DNA of 35,884 nucleotides from a virus. Taxonomy: Duplodnaviria > Caudoviricetes. The DNA is taken from IMG/VR virus record IMGVR_UViG_3300002092_000107, positions 1 to 35,884 of that record; one strand, written 5' to 3'. Below are positions 15,864 through 25,204 of this stretch, one piece after another. The notes beneath the pieces are model-generated. The model saw only the letters and a list, made by a program, of their open reading frames with translations, did not search any database and was not told the DNA's origin. Each line of letters begins with the position of its first letter. Positions within the stretch are counted from its first letter, which is position 1. The position numbers and the translations under genes are program-made.

Positions 15864-18033
15864 CGACATCAAAGATCCCGTTGAGACAGAAGAACCCAAA
15901 ACTGGTGCCGAAGTTGCGGAGCCGGAGGAGGAAGAAGTTTCTGATGTTGAGGATCGCACAAAAGATTTTTCAAAGTACGTTAAGGTTGCTACGCAACTTG
16001 ACGAGTTGTTCGATGCCGTCATTCAGGGGTTTGAGGACAAGCAAGAGCAAAGTGAAGACATCGACCGCTTTTGGGATGTCTACAATTGCGTCCTAAACGA
16101 AAACCAAGCCTATTTCGGAAATTCACAGGTCTATGTTTCTGCTGTGGCCGATGCGGTGGACGCACTTACCACAAGAGACAATAACATGCTTTTCCCGGTA
16201 AATGGTCGCTACGCTTCTGCAATTGGCCCTAGTGGTACAGTGCCTTATGATCTTATTGCTCTCCTAGACCATTATGTGCGCCAGACAAAGATGCGCGAGA
16301 ATATCGTGCCTTGTTTGCTGCGCACCGGCAAAGTGACCGGCCATTATATTCTCGGTGTTGGTTGGAAAGAAACCACGTTGCACACCATCAAAAAGAAAAC
16401 CACTGCAACGATCGAAGACGATCAAGGCGTACCGATCGAAGGCGCTGAGGAAGTCGATGATATTGAAGAAGAAGAAATTACGATGGGGATGCCCACGCTC
16501 GAAGTCAAAGATCCGCGCGATGTTTGTTTACTGCCCGCCACTGTTGATAATGTTTCTGATTGTACTATTGTTGCCGAGCGTTTGCATATGTCCAAGAGTG
16601 CGGTCGAAGATGCGATCGCCGACGGTACGTTCGAGGAGGAACCCGGCAAAGAGTTGTTAGAAAACTTTTCGTCGCGCACCACCGGCAATGAAATCGACAC
16701 AGCCAAAAAAGCTTTGGATAACGTCGGCATTAAAACCAACGGTAAGGGCAGCAAGACTGCCATCATCTACCGCGTCTGGTCAACCATCAAACTCAAGGGA
16801 AAGCAGAAGCGACTATGTGTATCGTATTTTGGCGGGAACAAAATAAAACTGGCTTGCAAACGCAATCCGTATTGGAACGACAGAATACCATTACTGGCGC
16901 AGCCGGCCCGAAAAATGGCAAACGCGGTTGCGGGCAAAAGTATTATTTCAAAAGTTGAAGATTTACAGTATGCCCTAAACGACGCGACCAATATGGGGCT
17001 TGACAGCGCACAATATTCGCTTTGTCCCATTACCGCAACAGATCCCGCAAAAAATCCCCGTACTGGTTCCATGGTTTTAAGCATGGGCGCGTTGTGGGAA
17101 GTGGATCCGAACAGCACAAAGTTTATGGAATTTCCACAACTTTGGAAAGAAGCCTTTTCCATGGCGCGGTCGCTTATGGATCAAATCATGCAGAGCATGG
17201 GCATTAATCCCGCGCTGCTGCCACACGGTAATGCCGGCAAGAAACCATCACAAGCTCAGATCGCGCAGGAGCAACAGGTCGCGCAGGAAACAACCGCCGA
17301 CAATATCGCCATTCTCGAAGAAGGAATTTTCAACGGGTTGCTCGCGTGGTTCCATGATCTCGATTATCAGTTCCGCGATAAAAAAATTGCAGTCCGTCAG
17401 TTTGGTCAACTCGGTGCGCAAGCCAAGATGCAGGAAGTCGAACCATTCAAAACTTACACGGCCTACAGCTTCCGTTGGTACGGCACCGAAGGCACGAAGG
17501 CAGTACAGGCTGTACAGCAGCAGATCTCCGCAATGAACGTACTGGCAAAGATCCCGCCCGAACAGTTGAACGGTCGGAAGCTCGACATTGGCCCGATCAT
17601 CGACCAGATCGCGGAAGTCGCGTTTGGCCCGCGCGTTGCTCCATATGTTTTGATCGACCAACGCCATCAATTGTCGATGAACCCAATGGAAGAAAACGAT
17701 TTGCTGCTGCACGACTTCCCGGTGACCGTTCAGGCCATGGACGACGACGTGGCTCATCTCAAGGCACACATGGAAGCCGTTAAGATGCACGTCGGTTTGG
17801 ATAGCCAAGCCAAAGAGCTTTTCAAGTTGCATATCCTTGCGCACATCAACCAAATGAATGCAAAATCTCAAGCATCTGCGGGCGGCAAGCCTCCACAAGG
17901 CCAACCCGGTGTTGGCGCTGCACCCGGCGGCCCGCGCCCCGGCGCACAGGCGGGGCCACCAAAACCCATGCAACAGCCCGCCGGTGCTATTCACCAAGAC
18001 CAAATGGTCGATCCCAACCGCATGCCCCGCTAG
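15856..18033 (+). CDS. Portal protein (podovirus type)
   Basis: 725 aa directly after TerL; helical, Gln/Pro-rich C-terminal extension. Confidence 0.85.
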   Translation: MADDIKDPVETEEPKTGAEVAEPEEEEVSDVEDRTKDFSKYVKVATQLDELFDAVIQGFEDKQEQSEDIDRFWDVYNCVLNENQAYFGNSQVYVSAVADAVDALTTRDNNMLFPVNGRYASAIGPSGTVPYDLIALLDHYVRQTKMRENIVPCLLRTGKVTGHYILGVGWKETTLHTIKKKTTATIEDDQGVPIEGAEEVDDIEEEEITMGMPTLEVKDPRDVCLLPATVDNVSDCTIVAERLHMSKSAVEDAIADGTFEEEPGKELLENFSSRTTGNEIDTAKKALDNVGIKTNGKGSKTAIIYRVWSTIKLKGKQKRLCVSYFGGNKIKLACKRNPYWNDRIPLLAQPARKMANAVAGKSIISKVEDLQYALNDATNMGLDSAQYSLCPITATDPAKNPRTGSMVLSMGALWEVDPNSTKFMEFPQLWKEAFSMARSLMDQIMQSMGINPALLPHGNAGKKPSQAQIAQEQQVAQETTADNIAILEEGIFNGLLAWFHDLDYQFRDKKIAVRQFGQLGAQAKMQEVEPFKTYTAYSFRWYGTEGTKAVQAVQQQISAMNVLAKIPPEQLNGRKLDIGPIIDQIAEVAFGPRVAPYVLIDQRHQLSMNPMEENDLLLHDFPVTVQAMDDDVAHLKAHMEAVKMHVGLDSQAKELFKLHILAHINQMNAKSQASAGGKPPQGQPGVGAAPGGPRPGAQAGPPKPMQQPAGAIHQDQMVDPNRMPR

Positions 18034-18036
18034 CCC

Positions 18037-18423
18037 ATGGTCAACACAGCGGCATACATGCGGGCCTATCGCGCCAAAAACAAAGATAAAGTTCGGCAAT
18101 GGGAAAAGAACCGTCGGGAGCGGGACAAAGGTGATCGCGCTGAAAGACAGCAGGTTCGGCACTATAAAAAATCTTACGGGTTGCCGCCGGCAGAATGCAG
18201 GTTGATGAAGGCACGCGGTTGCGATATTTGCGGCCGGCACAGACAGGTTATGTGCATTGACCACTGCCATGAAACGGGAAAAGTAAGAGGCGTTTTGTGC
18301 AACAAATGCAACACCGCATTAGGTTTCTTGGACGAAGACGTAGTGCTAATGCAAAAAATGATTGCTTACACAATTTCAAAGTGTCAACCCCTTAAAGTAC
18401 TACTTGCCAAAGTGAATGGCTAA
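18037..18423 (+). CDS. Endonuclease VII-like His-Me (homing) endonuclease
   Basis: CDICG..IDHCHETGKVRGVLCNKCNTALG. Confidence 0.88.
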   Translation: MVNTAAYMRAYRAKNKDKVRQWEKNRRERDKGDRAERQQVRHYKKSYGLPPAECRLMKARGCDICGRHRQVMCIDHCHETGKVRGVLCNKCNTALGFLDEDVVLMQKMIAYTISKCQPLKVLLAKVNG

Positions 18424-18432
18424 GGGTAATAT
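18404..18432 (+). promoter_or_regulatory. Putative promoter for scaffold/capsid genes
   Basis: TTGCCA-17-TAATAT; CAAAGTGA/TCACTTTG inverted repeat at 18408-18439. Confidence 0.5.
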
Positions 18433-18502
18433 CACTTTGACCACCGAGTTGTGCTCGTTAGCACTTCGCATTGTTGGCGTTACCAACTACAGGGAGTAAG
18501 TC

Positions 18503-19282
18503 ATGCCGCCAGAAGATACCGAAGACCAAGTTGATACCAATACCGTTGTTGACGATGAAGTCGAGTTAGATCCCGCAGAGGATGACGATGATCTTTTACC
18601 CGACGACGAAGACGACAATGAAGGCGACGATGAAGACGAAGATGAAGGCAAAGGTGATGTCGACCCTGCTGCCGCAGCACCGCAAGGTGGTGATGGTAAG
18701 CAACCAAGCCGGCGAACCCTTCGCGTTCAGAAACTAGAGAAGGAACGAGACGCCGAACGCCAGAAGGCTGCTGAATTGCAAGCTCGACTGGACGGCATCT
18801 TGATGGCGCAGCGCCAACCTGCACAGGATGATGCTGCACTACGCGCCGAACAAGCTAGAGTTGCCGCAATGGATCCCGTCGAGCGGGAGCGTTACGAAGA
18901 CAAAAAGCGGATCGACGCACTTCAGGCTCAGGTTTCAAATCTTGGCTTCGCACAGGCCGACGGTTTGGATCGCGCAAGGTTTGAGGCGAAAGCGGAACTT
19001 AACCCCGTCTATAAAAAGTACGCACCTGCCGTTGAAAGGGCTTTGGAAGAAATGCGTGCCAAGGGCGTCAACACAACGCGCGAAGCACTGCTGACCTACA
19101 AACTTGGAGAGGCAGCGCGGAAGAAGTTGGAAGCTGGTGCCGGTGATGGGAAGCGTCGTAGAGAGGCCGCTCAGAACCGCGTCAGTAAAGTGAATGGTCG
19201 ACCAGCAAATATGCGGGGCGACAGTTCAGGCACAGGTAAAGTCAAAACCGAAGAAGATCGTCTTCGCGGTGTTCAAATCTAA
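18503..19282 (+). CDS. Scaffolding protein
   Basis: Very acidic N-terminus, coiled coil, position between portal and capsid genes. Confidence 0.75.
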   Translation: MPPEDTEDQVDTNTVVDDEVELDPAEDDDDLLPDDEDDNEGDDEDEDEGKGDVDPAAAAPQGGDGKQPSRRTLRVQKLEKERDAERQKAAELQARLDGILMAQRQPAQDDAALRAEQARVAAMDPVERERYEDKKRIDALQAQVSNLGFAQADGLDRARFEAKAELNPVYKKYAPAVERALEEMRAKGVNTTREALLTYKLGEAARKKLEAGAGDGKRRREAAQNRVSKVNGRPANMRGDSSGTGKVKTEEDRLRGVQI

Positions 19283-19309
19283 GGTCAAGGGGATACGCCC
19301 TTGACCTTA
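19280..19309 (+). promoter_or_regulatory. 12-bp stem-loop between scaffold stop and capsid RBS
   Basis: TAAGGTCAAGGG-GATACG-CCCTTGACCTTA; no U-tract follows. Confidence 0.7.
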
Positions 19310-19325
19310 TAACTCGGAGGTCAAC

Positions 19326-20699
19326 ATGGCTAGCGTCAACGCATACCCTACCTTTTCGGCTGATATAAGCAATTACATTCAGAAGAAAACTCTGCCGCTC
19401 GTTCAGCGTCAGCTTATCGCTTATCAGTTCGGCGATATGCTCCGTCTGCCGAAACAACGCGGCACGATCTACACGGCTTCCCGTTATGATCGTATCAACT
19501 TACCGTTCGCTCCTTTGAGCGAAGGTATCCCTCCGGTCGGCGAAAGCCTCGTACTGGTGCAGGTCAACGCCGTCGCTCAGCAATGGGGCGACACGGTTAC
19601 CGTCACCGACGTGGCCGACTTCACGATCGAGCATCCTTTGTTCAAGAAAGCGATCGAGTTGGTCGCGCTGCAAATGTCTGAAACGCTTGAACGTAACACG
19701 TTCAACAACCTTCTGGCTGGCACGCAGATCAACTATGTCAACACTCGCGGCGCTCGCGCTTCGCTGTTGTCGACGGACGTTCTGAACCCCCACGAAGTCA
19801 ACCGCGCATTCGGCGCTCTGATTACGATCGGCGCTCCGATGTTCAATGGGATCTCTGGTGAAGACCAGAAGATGCCGGCGGATAAACCGCATATGTCCTC
19901 AAAAGACCCTCGGGCCTTTGAGCATTTCGTCGCAATGGTTCATCCATTCGTCGAACAGGATATGCGCGAAAATCCAACGGTCGTCACTGCATGGCAGTAC
20001 TCCGATGTGAACAAACTCTATAACAACGAGCTTGGTTATTGGGGTGGCATGCGTTGGTGCCGGTCGAACATGATCCCGTTCTTTACGGGCGTCACTGCTC
20101 CGACGACTTCGCCTTCCGCATCAAACGGTTCCTACACCGCAAACACCACTGGTGGATTGCTGGCTACGGGCACCTACTACCTGCAAATCACCGGCTCTGT
20201 TACGCAGAACGGTTACGAGCAGCGTGTCGGCATCGTGTCGACTGGTATCTCCGTCACCGGGCCAAACGGCTCGATCTCGGTTACCACACCGAACGTCGCG
20301 GGCTTCACTTGGAACGTCTACCTCAGCACGTCGACATCGCCGGCGAACTTGGGTGTCACTTCCGGTGGCCCGAACTCCGGCCCGCTCGCTGGTCAGGCAG
20401 TTCAGTTGAACGGCAACACCACCTACGTCATTAACAGCGTAGGCTCGGCTCGCGTACCTCCTGCTGCTCCCGCAGCCGGCGTGTCCGTGTTTCCGACCTT
20501 CATCATCGGCAAGAGCGCCTATGGTCAGGTGATGTTGGACGATCCGAAATTCAGCTACCTGTCCGGTGGCGATAAATCGGATCCTCTCAACCAGTTGAGG
20601 GTTGTGGGTTGGAAGGTCATGTACGGCACTATACTTTTGAACCAGAATTTCTTCATGAGGATTGAAAGTTCCTCAGCATTTTCAGCCACTTTCGGCTAA
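19326..20699 (+). CDS. Major capsid protein, N4-gp56-like
   Basis: PLSEGIPP, QQWGDTVTVTD, HPFVEQD, DKSDPLNQLRVVGWK motifs; strongly biased codon use. Confidence 0.9.
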   Translation: MASVNAYPTFSADISNYIQKKTLPLVQRQLIAYQFGDMLRLPKQRGTIYTASRYDRINLPFAPLSEGIPPVGESLVLVQVNAVAQQWGDTVTVTDVADFTIEHPLFKKAIELVALQMSETLERNTFNNLLAGTQINYVNTRGARASLLSTDVLNPHEVNRAFGALITIGAPMFNGISGEDQKMPADKPHMSSKDPRAFEHFVAMVHPFVEQDMRENPTVVTAWQYSDVNKLYNNELGYWGGMRWCRSNMIPFFTGVTAPTTSPSASNGSYTANTTGGLLATGTYYLQITGSVTQNGYEQRVGIVSTGISVTGPNGSISVTTPNVAGFTWNVYLSTSTSPANLGVTSGGPNSGPLAGQAVQLNGNTTYVINSVGSARVPPAAPAAGVSVFPTFIIGKSAYGQVMLDDPKFSYLSGGDKSDPLNQLRVVGWKVMYGTILLNQNFFMRIESSSAFSATFG

Positions 20700-21164
20700 G
20701 TAGCTGATTGCTGACTGAAGAAGTTCTACGGAGTGTTTGAATTGTCCGAGGCCCATGTTGCAGTTGGTGCAAAGCAAGCCTCGGACTTTTTCAGAGGAAT
20801 GACAGTGGTCAACATGAAAAACTTTTCCGCGCCCTTGTGGATCAGTCGTTTTGCAAATCAGGCAGCGCCCGTTTTGTGCGGCGAGCATTTTGTCGTATTG
20901 GCCTTTTGTTATTCCGTAATGTGTTTTCATGTCATAAAAACGGTAGCGGTCCGGGTTCTTTGCATAGCGCTCGCGCTGTTTCTCTGCAATCTTCGCGAGG
21001 TTTTTTCGACGGTATTCATCATGCCTAGCCGACATGCAGGGCTTGCAGTAAGTTTGATAGCCGGTACTGTTGCTCTTTCCTTTACTATACTCAGTCATCG
21101 GTTTAAGTTGTTGGCATCGTGGGCATGTCTTTCCTTGGGAAAGATCAAGTTTTGGATAAGGCAT
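20682..21164 (-). CDS. Endonuclease VII-like homing endonuclease, antisense to the late operon
   Basis: N-terminal CxxC..CxxC; QNGRCLIC..HVDHCHSSEKVRGLLCTNCNMGLG; AAAGGAG RBS. Confidence 0.9.
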   Translation of the reverse strand: MPYPKLDLSQGKTCPRCQQLKPMTEYSKGKSNSTGYQTYCKPCMSARHDEYRRKNLAKIAEKQRERYAKNPDRYRFYDMKTHYGITKGQYDKMLAAQNGRCLICKTTDPQGRGKVFHVDHCHSSEKVRGLLCTNCNMGLGQFKHSVELLQSAISYLAESG

Positions 21165-21215
21165 TTTGGTTCTCCTTTGTTAAATGAACCAACACTCTAT
21201 CAAGGGGTTTAACAG

Positions 21216-21506
21216 ATGGCAACAAGAACTTTAGGCACCGCAGCAACGACCACCTTGACCGCGCTGCAATATGTCAACGGCATGGTTCCTGCGGATCTGG
21301 CTACGATGAATGCCGGTATCCTCAACGATCAGGTCGGTAAGCCCGCTTACCCGAACTGTTTCCAAACCAATGGCACCCTGTATATCCCGAACCGTGGGAT
21401 CCTTCAGTTAATCCCGGGCGACTTCGTTGCCTTTGATCCTGCAACCGGCTTCCCAATTTTGTTATCGGCTGCTGCCGCTGCCGGTGCCTCATACGTCCAC
21501 ACATAA
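21216..21506 (+). CDS. Putative minor virion/decoration protein
   Basis: Follows the capsid gene; Ala/Thr/Gly-rich. Confidence 0.65.
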   Translation: MATRTLGTAATTTLTALQYVNGMVPADLATMNAGILNDQVGKPAYPNCFQTNGTLYIPNRGILQLIPGDFVAFDPATGFPILLSAAAAAGASYVHT

Positions 21507-21519
21507 ACAGGAGAAGACA

Positions 21520-21990
21520 ATGGCTCGTAAAAAACCCACTCTACCCGTTGGCCTTGGTGACATGCCGGCGTATCTCGAACACCACGTTGAGACTGTCGAT
21601 ACACCGACGCTCAGCATGGCCGAAATGAAAGAGATTGAAGCTCAGGCCCGCGAAGAAGTGAACAAAGAATTGAAGTCCCGTTTGAAGGCCGACTTCCTCG
21701 CTAAGACCAAAGCGGATCTTAAAAAGAAAGCTTTGTTTAGCGCCGGCACAAACGCCGTGGGCGACAAGCTTGAACGGGTGCAGATTGATCTGCCGAAGTT
21801 CTCCAACCGGATTGCGCTCGATGGCGTTATCTATCTCCACGGCATGACATATGACTTTACACAACAGCAAGCCGCTGTGGTAAAAGAAACGATCAACCGC
21901 CAGTGGTTGCATCATGCCGAGATCAACGGCCTCGACATGAATGAATATTTAGGCCGTCAACCCAAAAACGAAGTCGCAAGGCTTGGTTAA
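21520..21990 (+). CDS. Hypothetical protein
   Basis: Start reassigned to ATG 21520 (AGGAG RBS). Confidence 0.7.
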   Translation: MARKKPTLPVGLGDMPAYLEHHVETVDTPTLSMAEMKEIEAQAREEVNKELKSRLKADFLAKTKADLKKKALFSAGTNAVGDKLERVQIDLPKFSNRIALDGVIYLHGMTYDFTQQQAAVVKETINRQWLHHAEINGLDMNEYLGRQPKNEVARLG

Positions 21991-22004
21991 ATAAAGGTGC
22001 AAAG

Positions 22005-22436
22005 ATGCAAGAAGCAAAACAGGTAACTGCTACAGAAGAACTTCTGGACACGATCAAGAAACTGCCGGGCTATGTTTTTGAGTTGTCGGCAGATTTTGGT
22101 TCAGGCCGCAACTTTTCCATTCGAGGTAACTTCGGTGTCGGGGAAAGCCTCGAAACGATGAATGCCGAGATGGACAAATTGGTGCGTGTCTGCGATCGCC
22201 AGCTTTCCAAAGCGGTTATCGCCAACATTGAGGAAGACTTGTTCAAGCACGAAAAGATGCTTGAAAAAGCGATCCGCGATTATCAGGCCATGGAAGGCCG
22301 TCGTGAAGGTCACAAGACTTTGCCGGCGACTGAAAAGGCCGCTCAGGAAAATCAGAAAGCGACGGTCGAGGAACTCAAAGCCATGATCGCTCGCAAGAAG
22401 CTTTTCCTTGAGAAAACCAAAAAAGATGCGGAATAA
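22005..22436 (+). CDS. Hypothetical coiled-coil protein
   Basis: AAGGTG RBS; operon context. Confidence 0.7.
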   Translation: MQEAKQVTATEELLDTIKKLPGYVFELSADFGSGRNFSIRGNFGVGESLETMNAEMDKLVRVCDRQLSKAVIANIEEDLFKHEKMLEKAIRDYQAMEGRREGHKTLPATEKAAQENQKATVEELKAMIARKKLFLEKTKKDAE

Positions 22437-22439
22437 ATT

Positions 22440-23141
22440 GTGGCATACACTGCACAGAAGATCGTCCAAAAAGCATGTGCGATAGCGAAGGCTCCGGGGT
22501 TTATTGCCTCAGCCGGCGAGTATCTCAATATGATTTTGGCTGATCTCTGTCAGACGTATGACTTCGATTTTATCCGCGAGACACAAGTCTTACAAGCTAG
22601 CCCCGTCACTAACACTGGTGACGGGGCTTTGCCTATAGGTTATCCGCTTAATGCAGATCATTTGCGCACGCGCGAAGTTTTTTATCGCGTCAACGGTGTC
22701 ACTTTTTATTTAACGCAGATACCGCTTGAAAAATTTGACCAGTTACCCCAATCGACGGGCGCAACAAATTACCCTTGCAATTATGCCATTGATCCAAGCA
22801 CAACCCCGTACACAATTTACTTTTATGAGCCGCTTGTTATACCATTGACGATCTTCATTCGTTATCAGCCACAAATGGTCGACATTACTACTCCGGAGAC
22901 AAGTAATGTTATTCCTTGGTTTCCCAATCAGCGATACCTTATAAAAAAACTGTCTGCCGATTTGATGAGCGACACGGACGACGCGCGGCAAGCCAAGTAT
23001 GAGGAAGACGCTGAAAAAATGTTGCGGTTGTTCCTTGAGATGAAGGACGACAAGGAAAATTATGCGCAGACAATTAAACTCGATCGCAATGTCTTCCGAG
23101 GTGGTGGGGCTTTAAAGGCGACGAAGCAACAACCACTATGA
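22440..23141 (+). CDS. Head-tail adaptor (tail tubular A-like)
   Basis: Size and position; TAQKIVQKAC..EYLNMILADL..YDFDF N-terminal helices typical of podovirus adaptors. Confidence 0.7.
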   Translation: MAYTAQKIVQKACAIAKAPGFIASAGEYLNMILADLCQTYDFDFIRETQVLQASPVTNTGDGALPIGYPLNADHLRTREVFYRVNGVTFYLTQIPLEKFDQLPQSTGATNYPCNYAIDPSTTPYTIYFYEPLVIPLTIFIRYQPQMVDITTPETSNVIPWFPNQRYLIKKLSADLMSDTDDARQAKYEEDAEKMLRLFLEMKDDKENYAQTIKLDRNVFRGGGALKATKQQPL

Positions 23142-23148
23142 GGCCATC

Positions 23149-25188
23149 ATGCCCTTGGTTAAAACAAAGCCCATACGGTTTCGCCCTCGTAGCTTGGCTG
23201 ATGCCCTAGACGGTGATAACGAAGCCGAAGGCGCTTGCTCCGCGCTCATAAATCTTATTCAGGATCCATCAACACCGTCGTGCTTGCAATGTCGTCCGGC
23301 GGCACAAATACTTTCCACGTTTTCCGGGTTTAGTTCTCCTGGTGTTGTTGCCCAAGCACTTCAAGTCAACAACCTCGTCTATGGCATGATTGCGTCTTCG
23401 CGTAACGCCGGTCACGATGAGCCGTTTGTTTTCAACCTAACTACCGGCGCGTTTCTGACGGTCAACGGCATCGTCAACTCGAACACGCCTGTCACGCAAC
23501 CAACGACCGGCGATTGGGCCGCACCCTCAATGGCCGTCGTTGGTACTAAAGTTATCGTGGTACATCCGGGTTTTGCTGGCTTAGGCAACGTAAATTATTT
23601 TGGTTATTTTGACGTGTCGAATTACACACAAACACAATTGGGAAATGTTGTAAACGGCAGCAATCAAATCACCGGCAATATGTCTATAGGTGCGCTCGGT
23701 TTCGGCTATACTATTTCTGGTGCCGGCATACCGGCAGGCACAACGGTTACAAATTTAGTAAATGTTACGCCGCAGACCGCCGGCACAACAACATCAGGTA
23801 GTCCTAATATAACCGGGGTAGGTTCAATTGCTGGTTTTGCCGCAGGACAGCCTATTACCGGTGTGAATATCCCGCTTGGTGCCACGGTTGTTTCTGCCAG
23901 TGGCACAACCATTGTTATATCTGTCAACGCCACAGCCACATCAGCTTCACCCGTTACAATTTCTGCAACAGGCACTGCTATAACAATGTCGGCGAATGCC
24001 ACGGCCACTACCTCGCAGGAAAGCATTACGGTCGCCGGCGGAACGGCTGGTACGCCGCTCTGGTGTGCGGGCAACACAACAAACATCCCACTGACCGGGA
24101 TACCAACCAACGTCAACAACTTTAACAACCGCGCTTATATTTCCGTAGCGCAGTATCTGATCCTTTGTGATCCGCTATCGCTCAATGTATCACAGGCGTC
24201 ACAGGCGCTGACCGTGGGCGATACGTCGCCAATTACGGCGCTTCAACCATTGACGATCGTCAACCCGGCCACTTCCGCGCCGGTGCAAGGGCTACTGGTT
24301 TTCAAACAAAATCTTGTCACGCTGGTTACCGGCGATCCGACACAAAACAATCTTGCCAACAATATGCTGTCGCCTTCAGGCGTCGGCACCACTTCGCCGG
24401 ATGCGGTGTGTGCAACAACGACCGGAGTTTACTTTGTCGACGTGGACGGTCTGCGTTGCGTCGAGTTGTCTGGTAACATCACGGATCCTTTGCCCGACGT
24501 GCGCGTTCCATTCATCAATGCAATCAACCGCACGCGCATTAGCGCCGCGTACAATGCTGGCATCTACCGTGTTTGTTTGCAACGTGGTGATGTCAGTGGA
24601 ACGCCGTGGCAGGAATTTTGGTTCGATCTAAAATATCGGTTATGGACAGGCCCGCATACTTTCCAGCAGCAAGTTATTTTGCCGTGGAAGGGAAGCTTTG
24701 TCGCATTCTCGAACGCTTATCCCGCGACACTTTATCAAACCGATCCAGTGCAAACGGCAACCAGCACTTTTACTGAAAACGGTAATTTGTTGGCATGGAC
24801 ATATTCGACTTGCGCTTTGCCGGATAATGAAGATTTGATGCAAAACTCCTTAGTGGTCAGCGCCATTAATTTATCTTTCAAGTCGGGTGAACCAACAATA
24901 ACTTTCACGGCGACCGATGAAAATGGAACGGTATTGGGGGTTGCAAATCTAGCCCCGACTAGCGGCACAGCAACACTGTGGGGGTCTTTTGTTTGGGGGG
25001 CGGCACTTTGGTACGGACAGCAGTTTGGATTGCAACCACAGCAAATCCCATGGACAAATCCAATTACGTTTAGTAAACTAATTTTTACGGCCTCGGCACC
25101 AAGCACTTTGGGATTTCGTATAAGCAACTTCCAAGCGCTTTACCAGCCACTAGGCTATGTGGCTGCGGCAATTTCAGGCGTTATGTAG
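23149..25188 (+). CDS. Tail nozzle/hub (tail tubular B or P22 gp10-like)
   Basis: 679 aa, beta-rich, follows the adaptor; C-terminal WGSFVWGAALW. Confidence 0.7.
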   Translation: MPLVKTKPIRFRPRSLADALDGDNEAEGACSALINLIQDPSTPSCLQCRPAAQILSTFSGFSSPGVVAQALQVNNLVYGMIASSRNAGHDEPFVFNLTTGAFLTVNGIVNSNTPVTQPTTGDWAAPSMAVVGTKVIVVHPGFAGLGNVNYFGYFDVSNYTQTQLGNVVNGSNQITGNMSIGALGFGYTISGAGIPAGTTVTNLVNVTPQTAGTTTSGSPNITGVGSIAGFAAGQPITGVNIPLGATVVSASGTTIVISVNATATSASPVTISATGTAITMSANATATTSQESITVAGGTAGTPLWCAGNTTNIPLTGIPTNVNNFNNRAYISVAQYLILCDPLSLNVSQASQALTVGDTSPITALQPLTIVNPATSAPVQGLLVFKQNLVTLVTGDPTQNNLANNMLSPSGVGTTSPDAVCATTTGVYFVDVDGLRCVELSGNITDPLPDVRVPFINAINRTRISAAYNAGIYRVCLQRGDVSGTPWQEFWFDLKYRLWTGPHTFQQQVILPWKGSFVAFSNAYPATLYQTDPVQTATSTFTENGNLLAWTYSTCALPDNEDLMQNSLVVSAINLSFKSGEPTITFTATDENGTVLGVANLAPTSGTATLWGSFVWGAALWYGQQFGLQPQQIPWTNPITFSKLIFTASAPSTLGFRISNFQALYQPLGYVAAAISGVM

Positions 25189-25204
25189 TTGGAGTATCAA
25201 CAAA

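Noticed and set aside
18034-21215. Group I introns housing the two endonucleases
   Set aside because: Portal and capsid ORFs look complete and the flanks are too short to hold an intron core.
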